A DNA stretch of 64,000 bases from Raillietiella orientalis (taxonomy: Eukaryota), in NCBI GenBank assembly GCA_036172245.1, contig JAYWIR010000021.1, forward strand, positions 3,162,001-3,226,000, written 5' to 3'. The position numbers were made by a program, and so were the translations under genes. The notes beneath the pieces are model-generated. The model had not been told where the DNA came from. It worked only from the letters and a program-made list of their open reading frames with translations, and searched no databases. Positions 39,700 through 51,031 of the stretch are shown piece after piece; the stretch's first letter is position 1, and every line of letters begins with the position of its first letter.

Positions 39700-42600
39700 T
39701 GAGACGAATCCCCAGTACGGCGGCCATCGATAAACTCTGTTGCTAAACCTTTGCTCAATTCAGTGCTAGCAGTCAGACAGAGAGAGTGACCTCTCATTCC
39801 GGAGTACTGAGAAAACAGGTTTTGGTTTCTCAGTACCCTGGGCATCTTGTCATTAGCTGGTCAACTCAAGTTCTTACTATGATCTCTATGATCATCTTTT
39901 TGATGGAAGCTTTTGTCTCCAAGGACTTTAGCGTTTCCTCCTGGGTGCATGGAGAGAAGAACGAAAGCTTTCAGGAGCATGAAGAGCGCATCTTTGGTAA
40001 AAGGGGAATTCGCGGGGAGATTTAGAAGTCGGAGTTCGAAAGATGTTCTCCGGGACATTTGAATAACAGGAAGCAAGAAGACAAGATGATATGAGGCTTC
40101 GAATGAGCGACATGAACCACAGACCCAGGTTCCAGATCCTGGGGATGACGGAACCAAGAACCCTAATTGCAGCTACGGGATGAGACCCTCTAGAGCTTTC
40201 GCACGGCAGAGGCAGCGTTTGGTGGTGTACGATGCTTGACGACGGGGTCGAATGGTTCTGCCACTCCCCGTAGGGTATGAATCCTACGAGAGTTCCTTCA
40301 CTCGCCAGGAGCAGTGTGAAAGAAACCACTCTTGTTAATCTCCAGGCTCAGAAGCCGCACCAGAAATGATTCCCGTTCTTTTCTGTTAGTCCTGCGTGGC
40401 AAGGAGAGCTCAAAAAATGGACAGGGCCTATGAACACTAAGGAAAAAGCGCTGGCTAGGGAACCAGATGGACGCATTTCTTGCATACAAACGGGTTCTGA
40501 GGGTGAGTCCCCGAGAAGGTGTCTAAAGGACTTGGAATGCCGCCCCAGCAAAAGCAGCTTTGAGGTTCGAAACGATCCTAGGGACGATTTTCTCTTTGGA
40601 GGATTACCCACTAGGAAGTGCCTGTTCTGTTAATAATTGGAGATGATGACGCATGAAAACATGAGAATTTATGTGCTGGGTGCGTAAGAAGAACGATGTC
40701 AAAACAGGTGGGAATCCGGCTTGTACATCGAAGATCTGTTCATCTCCCATCGGGAGACAGGCAAGCCGAGAAAGGGGAACCCACCTCGAAAGTTAGGGGG
40801 GAGGGCAGATGAGATCTGCATCCTGCTGGAGTCAATTCCACCGAATAGGCTGCTGGATAATCAGGGGAAAGGAAATGAAGGCAAATTTTCCTCCATTTGG
40901 CGATGAACACGCAGCCCATATCGACATCCTGAACGTGGCAGCAGTCAGCGAGGAGAAGGATTTCGAACAGACAAGTGACCACTGGAGGACAGTAGAGTCA
41001 CATAAAGCCTTTTAAACCCTGAAAGAGAAGAGATTAGACCGGTCCAGCTTCGTAGCAGCTTTTATAGATCTAAGGATATCCGTTCCACGATTTAGGGATA
41101 TCCATGTCTGGCAGCTACCCAATTCCTATAATGACATGATCACCCCCTTTCATAGCAATGAAGGGAAAAAAATTGGAGCTGAAATCCATGTTTCTCTGCT
41201 TCAATTCCAATGCAGGGCTGCGGTGCCCACTCTGCCCTGAAGACGAGGGACTAAGGCAGAAAACCTTACAGGAAATGACGAATCCGAGGAGTATGGGGAC
41301 CTTCGGCAGCGACTCCAGGAACAGGGCTGTCGTTCCAAGTGATCGTAGGTGACTCGTGTGCAGGTGGGAAAGGGAAGGAAGAATCAGACAAAGAGGGCAA
41401 GAAGAAGAATCCACTTTTGCGCAATAGTTCTTGCAGAGGAGCAAACAGTGGCATTGGATGGGAAAAGCATGGTGATGAAGAGACAGATAAGGAATGGAAG
41501 AGGGATCCTTGAGAATAAGAATCTCAAAAGTCCACAAGCAAGCAATGAAGAGTACTTTCGGAAAGGCGGAGGATCCAACCCGATCCCTTGGGGACTCGAC
41601 AAGCTTCCTGTCATAGGACAGTACTACCGGCAGTTGAGCGAAGATGTGAGAGCTCTGACGATAATCGACCGTTGCGGAAGGGGTAGATCGAAGTCAATGA
41701 GCCACTTTCGAATCAAAATGACCTCTTTTAAGGAAGTAGTGATTTCTAAGTGCCCCTGAAATCCGTTGAAGTGAACGAATGCAACGACTAAGAATGAAAA
41801 CGAATAGCTCTGCAGAGTCCTCTTGCGGAGACTCACAGAAGCGTTAAAAATTAGCTCCCTCTCTCCACACTGCAAAAAAGCTTGCTTTCTGCTGCAGGAA
41901 ACGCTTTCTTTGGGAGTTTCGTGAAAATCACACTCTATCAAAGATCCTGATGAAGTATGATTTCTTTGGGAGAAGGAAGGACAAAAGGAAAGCAGAGGAG
42001 TAGGTGGAGGGTATTCGGATGGGTGCAGAAGGATACCCCGTCATCGTCAGACGTCTGTCATCTCCTCGACCCAACTGGCAACGCCTTCTAGCTAACGTTG
42101 CTTTGTTGGACCAGCAATTTTCGAAAACACCAATAGCTGAGATCGATAATGACGTCGCACAGCACCCGAGGAGCTCAAAAGCTATCAGACTTCAAATCGG
42201 ACGACCCCCCGTGACCTTGATATTGCGCTGTGCCTGACGATGAGACGGAAGGGCAGAGTCTTCTTGAGAGAATCAGCGAAGAATGACCGAAGAGAATGAC
42301 CCCTCAACTTACAGACTGCCGGTGGATTTCTTCCGGGTGATCTTCTCTCTGTCTTGATTGCCGTGTGAGGCAGTGGTGATGGCAGTTAGGTGAATCGGTT
42401 CTTCCCACTCCCCCTTCCTTCAAAGCATCGCAACAATCCTTCCAGCTTTCATCACCGACTCCTCTTCCCGCTCCATTTCACCACATCTCTCAGAGATCCT
42501 GCGCCACAGCATCTTCCCCATTCCCTCCACAGCGGATAAGACAAGAAGCTCCGGCGTTCGAGGAAGCTTGGAAGCAGGGGGGTGGGGAAACTGCAAGGGG

Positions 42601-43200
42601 ACCGTGCCCGTGGCAGATCAAAAGAGAAGGGGAAGCAGAATGAGGACAGGATCCTTTGCCTCCGGTCCTGAGGCGCTGTGAACTCCGTCCTTGAGCCACC
42701 GTGGCGAAGCGAAGGGACGAGGACTGAGGGCAAAGGACTCGAGGATAGGAAAGGCGCAACGGAGGGGCGTGGAAAAAGTGGAACGCGGGGAGAAGGAGGA
42801 AGAAATCAACAGGACCGCCTTAGATGCGGAGGAGCCTGGCAACGGATCCTCAGGAAGTGCAGCTCCAGCTAGACCGGGCCTCTGGGGAAGCGACGAGCTC
42901 CTGGATACAAATGGTAAGTCCTGTATGTAAGCGCAGACCTCCGGCTTTCGTGAAGCTGAAGGGGGAGAAGAGGATTGTCCGAGAGGAAACGGAGAAGACG
43001 GGAGGACTCGTGCCGACTTCCCCTCAGCCGAAGACACCCGCGAAGCCGCTCCAGGAAGCGGGCGGATGCCATGCAAGAGTTGCGGCGACGGGAGAGCCTC
43101 CTCTGAGCGAGCAGAGCGATCCCCTCCTCTGGGTGGCCTCCACCTGTGAACCCATCTCGAATCGACTCCGTCCGGCAAGTTCAGGCACACTTCCAGCCCT
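39700..43200 (-). mobile_element. Degenerate LINE relic, copy H
   Basis: EN 'IECDFH' (~41920-41940, cf. GDFN) and 'FQGHLEI..RKWLID'; pre-RT 'ALFLESLPKV...RSPALE...FSSNFFPFI' (ORF 41115-41537); 'AKWRKICLHFLSPDY' (~40855-40902, cf. NWRPISLLxxDY); 'LLLLGRHSKSF' (~40525-40560). Confidence 0.5.
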
Positions 43201-43599
43201 CGCGCATCACGCCAGGGAGGGGGAGAGAGCTAGATATGGGGTAGGGGTCTGTCGTGGATAGCAGTTGGCACCCATCCCACCTCGTATGACCGCTCTCAGG
43301 AGCATAGTAGAACGGCGAGGGAGGGTCTCTCCGGAAGGAGGGTCAGGGGTAATTTAGGGGAGAAAACGGCGGGCAAACCGTCATTCCAGGTGGCGGTCAA
43401 CGGACGCGCGAGGGCGCCGAGTTGTTCCTCTTTCCTTCCTCCAAACCCACGTCCGGGAGACGTCCAATCCGAAGTTCGGGGTCTAAGTTTTCCTACTCGT
43501 TTTACCCCCGCGCCCGTTCCATTCCACGAGAGAGAAGAGTGAGCGGTTCACCTTCGAGAAAGCGACGTCAGAGAGTGTTTTCCTCCTCCGTTGTGTGGA

Positions 43600-46300
43600 A
43601 GTGTTGCGCGGAGCCACGATGGTGGTGCCACGAATGCAGCTTCGAGAACAAAAAGGGGGAAAAAATGAAAGCAGGAGTGAAGATTCCCCATCGAGGCTTC
43701 CTAATGAGGGGGACCAGCGATCCAAGTCAGAGTCGGACGCTTCGGGTTCTCATCAGGCACCAGGGAGGAGGGGAGAAAGGCAAATTTTCATCGGGGCGTT
43801 GGAGCGCAGACTGAGCTGCAAAGACATGATCTTTGGGCGGGGAAGAGAAGAATTCTGGATATCCGTCGCCTGAGAAACGCGATTGAGAGACACAAAGCCG
43901 GTTTCGCTTTCTCTAGGATGAAGGCAAAGGATGACATCGAATGCTTTCGTCTCTAGACTCTCTCCCTTTCTTCGTTCTCAGCGAGTGTACCTAGCTCCGG
44001 GTCAGGGAGGCATCAAGGTCAAGCACATTTTCTCTGAAAGGCGTTTCCTAGTCCACACTTTTCTTGGACTAGGAAGACAAAGTGATTTCGGCGTCCATGT
44101 TCCCTTCGCTCGAGCTGGTCTAGATTCCCGTAATCCTTTCAAAAGGAAGCAGCTCGTTCTTACCTTTCGCCCTCCATCAGAGAACCGAGCCTCCTGCATT
44201 CCAGGACTATCCTGCCGTTCTGAGGTCCAATCTGACACTGCCAAAGCAGCCCGGTCAAGCGTTTCGAAACCATCTAGCAGGGATGGAATGACACACCACG
44301 AGCAAGGGAAGGAATGGTTCATCGGGCATTTTCCTCCACTTGTCCCGTTCCAGATTCAGCACCTGCGACCAATCCTTTCACTGATCCTCACTTTGTCCTT
44401 CTTCCAGAAAATGGAGACGTCCTGATACCATGGATACGCAATTATCAGTAGCAAAGAGCGACGTCGCTGGAGGCCTGAACCCTGGGACCATCAGCGGAGA
44501 GGTGCCGTTGATGCCCTCGCTATCACTCGCAGATCGAGTGGAATCAGTCAATTCCCTGAGATTCCACGGAGGACTTTGAGTTCTTTGCGAAGATTGTCCA
44601 ATCCTGTCCAGAAGATCCTTCTCTCCTCGGTATGGAAACCACCAAATCAGCTGCAAATGGCAAGACTCCCGAAAGTTCATGATCTCTCGAAATGACCGAT
44701 GATATCCTGCGATTCCCACTGCGTCTTCACTCGAGACTTGATCCACACTTCGCAGAAGCATCCGCCTTTTGCAAATTATCCTGATTTGTTCTTGTAGTCG
44801 GCACCAGAGAAAATCAGAAGGCCAGGTCCGAGTGTACAGCAGCCGAGAGGTACTCAAACAGTCTTCCGATACAATGGCGCATCGAGCGTGCACACAGCGT
44901 CTTTGAAGGAGATGCGAAACCTGGGTTCAGTCAAGACAACAGTTGGACTTTCCTTTCGAGAGAGAAGGAAGAAAATCACTCTGGGGGAAAATTGAAAACG
45001 CTGAGGCTGTACCAGTCATCTGCAAGAAGTTACGCCTTCCGCAGCAAGAAGGCAGGCAGCTCGGGATCGTGAGGACTCTCCCTGTCGTGGAATGCTTATC
45101 CTTGGAGAACATCCAAGCTCCAAACTTTCATTTTTTAAGTTGGAAACGGGCATCTTTGGCTGACAAAGTCTCATTCACGAGAGGACGCGTCCCTGGTCCT
45201 TCCTGCCTCCAGAAAATAGTATGAGAGTCATCCATCATCCAAGAACACCATACCCTTCGGTAGGTTGTCTGGACCGAGACGACACACATGTACGCGACGC
45301 GAGGACGTGTAAGGGAAACCCGTCCAGAATAGTAGAAGGAGAGACCAGGCACCCAGAGCTCATCGGAAAAAAGGAAAACAGAACCGGGCCTCATCAGCCA
45401 GAGCGTCCCAGGAAACGTGCACAAGTAGTAGTCAAGATAGGGGGGAGTGCTTTCAGGTGCAGCAGTGGTGGTGCCAAAGACGACAGATGGAACTTCTGGC
45501 AACTGGACCGGATGAGTCACAGAAAGCTGGCCGTCGATTGAGCAGCTCCTCATCTTCAACAGGGCCTCCAGACCGTGCGCTGAGATTGTTGCGAGCCCCG
45601 CCAGTGGAACACATGACTAAAGAGGATAAAATAAGATGAAATATTCAAAACCAGACCAACCATCAAAAAGGAAGTCCATGGAAACCTTCAGAGATGAAGG
45701 ATGTGGAACCGAAGATGGAGCATTCATTAGAAAGACTTCCGGCGAACAGAAGATCGACAGTGATTGTGGCGATGAATGGAGCATAGCGTGAGAAAGGAGG
45801 AAAACTCTTTCTCCTACTCCTTTCCATCCTCTCCCTTTCCTTTCGATTCCGATTAAGACAGAAACCACCTCGAAATCGACAGTGCCCTCGAATGCAGAGC
45901 AAGCTAGAGAGAAAAGGACGAACTAACAAAGGTGCTGCATCCCCGATTCCACAGGAAAGAAATCTCCGCAGCATCTCAGGATCGAGAGACCCTGAACACT
46001 CTCCATTCACCGCAAATGCTTTCCGAAACCTTGTCTCCAAGGGAGGCGCCCCTGAAGGCGATCTTGCAATCATGGAACCTCCTTGCAAATCCAACTTTTT
46101 GGAGTCTCTTCTACCGAATACCGACCTTGATACTTCCGGCATTCTTCCTCCAGCATGAGATCCTCCTAGAAGCCAAGGGTGCGCGAGCTTTCGCCTTTTT
46201 CCCGCTTCATTTCGTCCGCGCGCCACAGGAAGCACCTGTGGAACGGTCCCACCAGCTCCGAAAGAAATAGGAACTTTGCTGTTCTGCTCTTCCTGGAGGA
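43600..46300 (-). mobile_element. Degenerate LINE relic, copy I
   Basis: One frame at 45128-45868 with a single internal stop carries APE-like motifs in order ('GWKGVG..VFLL', 'VFLMNAP', 'PYLDYYL', 'FSDELWV'). Downstream, 'PGFRPPATSLFATDN' (~44440-44487) resembles SLFADD. Confidence 0.4.
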
Positions 46301-46499
46301 TTTCTTTGAGGGAGCGGTTCTGGCATTCAAAGCTCCCCCTTGAGCAGCAAGCTCCAGCGTGTGATAACAGAGGTGGAGGGAGGGAGAGTGCAAGAATTCC
46401 TCAACGGCACTCCTTACCACAAAGGTATCCCTTGGAGAGCGTTCAGCGCAATCCTCATTGGAACTGAGAAGCTAACCTGGCCGAAACTCCAAAAATCCT

Positions 46500-49400
46500 C
46501 CCACTGAACGAGGATCCACAAAGAGAATTTCCCACAACGCTAGCACTCCGCCGGAGGAATTCTGCTCTTCTGGAACACGCGTCTCTCTAAACTGGACATC
46601 TCGCGCTCGAAACGTGCATCGGGCCAGGAAAGACCTGTCACCTGCTCAAAGATGGATACCAGAGAGGCCACACCCATGCCGGCGCGGAAAACTGCAGCGC
46701 GAGCAATGCACCAAATCTCCGTAATGAAGGAAATGATTTCTCGGCTTCGGGATCGCGATAGGCAGGGTGTACGAACGGTCCGCTCAGATTTCGACACAGA
46801 AAAATGGAGCTGGCATCTGTAGCTTCTTCCGTGAAAACCGCATGGCTTTCATTTCGTCGCTGATTGCATGCTAGACGAACCGGCTCTTGAAGAGCAGACA
46901 AGACCCGAAACTAGCCACGGAAGGAGCACAGACCCCTCCCCCACCTGACAGACAACGGACTGCTCGAGGTGGCAACACGCCACAACAAATCATATGCAGA
47001 CGAAATGCGGGCTTCGCTCCGTGGGATCGAGCTGCATCCTCGCAAATGTCCCACGAGGATCCGATAAGCCAGAGTTTCTCGGCAATGCTCTCCGGCATTG
47101 CACGGTAGAGCTCTCTTCGAATTCTTGGACAGCATTCCATTTCTCCAGAGGATTTGCTAGCCAAGACTCCCTCGGTCACATCCCATCACCCGCGCCACCG
47201 TCGTCAGACAAAGCTCTTCCATTTCTGTGTATCTACATTAAAAACGCACGCTGAGTCTTAAGAAACGCTTCAGCATGTGGACTCGTTCTTCTTCATCGGA
47301 AAATGTTCCCTCGGGATCGCTCCTACAAGATCGGAAACGATGAAGTCGAAAGAGCTCAACGATGGATTCATCGATGAATATGCAAGTCTCCCTGAAGAAA
47401 CTGTCATCCTAAACGTACTTCTTTTCCGGGGGCATGGAATGCAAATGCAAATATCTAGGAAATTTGGTCTTCCTTCCTGCAACCCTTGGACATAACTGAT
47501 GAAGACCACTCGTTTAGAGCGACAGGTCACTAGAACATTAAAAAGAGGAGCTCATAATAAACCAGACCTGGGGCTAAAAGCTTATAACAGTGGGAAGTTT
47601 ATAATCCATCCAGTCGGGTCCCTGTTGAACCACTTGGATTGGTAAATAGACTCAGTTACGTTAAAAGAATAAACGAATCTCCCTTTCCACTTTACCACAT
47701 GCTGAATCCCTTCATCTTCAGTATTTATCCGCATATTTTATTTCCGAGAATTGACAGAGGTCAACCCAGCAAGATGCTGACTGCCGTCGCACAAGTCGAT
47801 CTCCCGCCCGCACGCTTCGCTTGAAAAATTCCGTTTTCCTCTTCTCCATCTCCCTTCCATGAAACTGATGTCCGAGTTCCCACTCGTGAAGAAGATCCTG
47901 CAACAAGTACAGATGCGAATGCGAATGCGCTCACGCAAAAAGATCTCATTCTTTACAGCTTCAATCATCGGCACATACTCAGTTAAAAAAAAATCACAGT
48001 CGGGGTACAGAGATATTCTACTTTGCTTTCGTGCAGAGAGGGGAATGAAGAAAACACATATATCTCATCACGTAATGGGACGTAACTTTTGTTTTCTAAA
48101 CCAGCATGCTTTGGTTTGATTTATTTTTTCCTTCCATGAATTCACAGGGAAAAAAGCAGCGCAAAAGGCAGCTGAAAAGCAAAATGGTTGAAGCTACCAA
48201 TGTATCTAATGTGCCATTTAGCGAAGAAAAATTATGATGCTTGCAAAACGGATGTCAACTGAAATCACGTTTGCTTCACATAGATTTTTAATGCAACCTA
48301 GAAATGGCTTTCTAATTCAGTAGAGTAATGACTCCGTTTCAAGTTGACTTGCTGATCTTTGTAAGACCATGCATGAAACAAGTAACATAGAAGTCTGAGA
48401 GCCAGCCTTTTAGCAAGTGTTTCGAGATGGCTGTTTGTCTCTAATCATTCTTTAATTATTTTCGATGAAGAATGTCACTTCTATGTGGAGACACCAATCT
48501 GCCTTGACACCATAGCTTCAGCTTTCCCCAAAATCATGAGTATCATCTCCACTCATGAGTACCTTTGCTTGCAGATTGCTTTATCTTCCTGTCCCTCCTT
48601 CTTCTTGTTGTTGTTGTCCTTCTTCCTGATGTCCTACAGGACTATTCCATCGCTGTGAAATATGCAATTACAAGCAGTATCTTGTTTACTTAGACTTCAT
48701 TCTTCAAGCACGCGGATCGTCGAAGTGAACAGCCACTAGGATTTCTATGGTTAAATCCAAAGGATTTTCAAATCCACTAGCTTTTCTACTACGTTCATAT
48801 AATCATTGTCTCTTTCATCTTTTTCTTTTTTTCAAATTCAAAGATCAAAACTGTTTTATGAACTGGAAAAAAAACTCTTTTATGAATACCTGAATAAATG
48901 TTCCGGCGATCGAAAGCATTTGAAAATGGAAATTCTCATGAAATCATGGTGCATATCTTCTTATTATAAGGCATCTATCTATTACTGCGGTGCACAATAA
49001 AATTTAAGAGTCCTTCACAAATTTTTTACCATTCTTTCTGCAACTTCATTTCTGATCTAACCCTTATCTGAAGAATATAGAATATTTGCAGGAATAGTTC
49101 TGCATGGCTTTACACGTTGCTGCACAGCCGGCGTCACTGACTCTCTACAGCCAGCAGGGTAAAAGGGAACGAAACGAGGAAGAGCCGACGCGAATACGAG
49201 AAGCCAGTTCCTTCGGCAGTTGACCAGCTTGTGCATCCTGGAGTGGTCGGCTTCCGCGTGCACTTCAGCAGGTGTCGAGAGAGAAAGCGAAGCACAGGAG
49301 CGTACGCCGCCGCCTTCTGCACCCAAAAAGTTAACTCAGGGATAGGACGCGGTGCAAGCCAGGGAGCAAGACGGACGGCCGTGGAGGAAGATGTAAACAA

Positions 49401-49900
49401 AGCCCACAAAGCCTCAGATCTCATCTTCCTCCCACCGTGTGTGCCACCCTTCTTCACAAGAAATCCTTCACGGGAAAATCCCTTCCGCCGGATGATCCAA
49501 CGGAAGAGCTGGACCGGGAGGCCATCGCTGCAAAAGAACGGAGAAATGCCCACGATTGGTTGAAACCGTACCAACAACAAAACGGCGGATTTCTCGGAAA
49601 GCGTCACTCCGGATGTGGAGCGGCTGCTGTTCGGGAGGAAAGGGCAGCAGAGAGACATGAGTCAAGGAGAGTGGCATGGAGGACGTCGGGAATTCGGAAG
49701 AGGGCTTCCCTAAAGGAGATCATGACAGCGGGCAAACTGAACGAGCCGTTTCCGATAGGTCCGTACGGGTTAGGGCGAGGGTGACCTCGTCGTTGGGATA
49801 CCTCTGTAATGTGCCGCGTCTCTTCATGCGAGGTTCAGTAGGAAAAATGGATCTTTGGTCAGTTATTGGCGGAGCGGATGGTCCATATTCCACGAGGCCT
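46500..49900 (-). mobile_element. Degenerate LINE relic, copy J (abuts the ILK upstream region)
   Basis: EN-like ORF 49134-49658 ('STSGVTL', then 'EADHS', 'RNWLL'); RT 'ETLAKRLALRL' (~48390-48423) and 'VISVDIRFA' (~48242-48268); C-terminal 'AFRLHMICCGVLP' (~46970-47010) and 'FITEIWCIARAAVF' (~46685-46730). Confidence 0.45.
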
Positions 49901-51031
49901 AGGGACCGTTAGTTCCATCGGAAATTCCACCCGTTCCACTCGATGGAAAGGCAACTTTCACATTCGAGTTTTTTCTCTGAAGGAGTTTTAAAAATGTGTA
50001 TAAACTGCCATCTCGTAACAACAAAAGCAAGACTTTTTACAACAGAGAGAAAAAACTTACTGCACATAGGTGCGTTGACTTGCTTAAGCATTATATAAAG
50101 CTACAGATGAAGTTCGAGTGCCAATTGTAACATTATTCATTTGCTTTGCTTTAAAAAGTATAATCGACCAAAATTTCTAAACGTTCCTTGTAATTAGAAA
50201 ACAAAATCAACTGCAAATATAATTAATTGAAGAGAGCAACAATTACTTTTCTTTACAGAAATCATATGAAGAATTAATACAATGTAGATGCAAACTAAAT
50301 TCCAATTGTATCGTAAGGATTACAAAGTTCCACAAAACACCTCTATATTAATTTAATTATCTCATGTATATGAATTAAAGAAGACTTTCATAAATTCATT
50401 AAATTCTATGCTCTACAATAGCACTGTTAATTGCAGATCTAATTCATCGTGGGATCACCAATGTACAGATACATAGGATGGAGTGTTGCATGAAACCTAA
50501 ACACCCAAAGGGAAAATATAACAGTTGAAGCTAATTTATATTCTAAAGATGGAAAGAGAACGAACATTTTGAAAATTGAGAATAAAAATTTGTATGTCCT
50601 TAATAAAGATAACGTTTATCATTAGAAACATATTAATTTCAAATATAATTTTGAAAAGACTGGCATCTCTAATTGTTATGACAATTTTATTACTCGACAG
50701 CTATTGCGAAACCTGATATAAGTATTTTCGTGTGACTTTGAAAATAACATTTTATTTTTCATGTTTTTGTTTTTGTTTTTTTGATTCACGGCATGCATCT
50801 TGCCGCTGCAGTAGGATGTGCAGCCTACTTACAGAATGGAACAAGTATTAATACTCATATGAAAATGTGACATCACAAATTCATTTTTTCGGAATGCAGC
50901 GTTTTCCTCAAGTTTTGGATTCGTGTAGGCAAATAGAATGTGTACAAGTAGCACGCTCTAACCGAGGGCATGTTAAAGTGTGAACTATCTGCAAACAATC
51001 TAGAATTGAACAAGAAAAATTAATTAAGATA

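Noticed and set aside
1..49900. Endogenous giant virus, Polinton or bacterial contaminant explaining the GC-rich block
   Set aside because: No dense intact ORFs and no capsid, polB, integrase or bacterial housekeeping motifs seen. The recognisable motifs are LINE-like.
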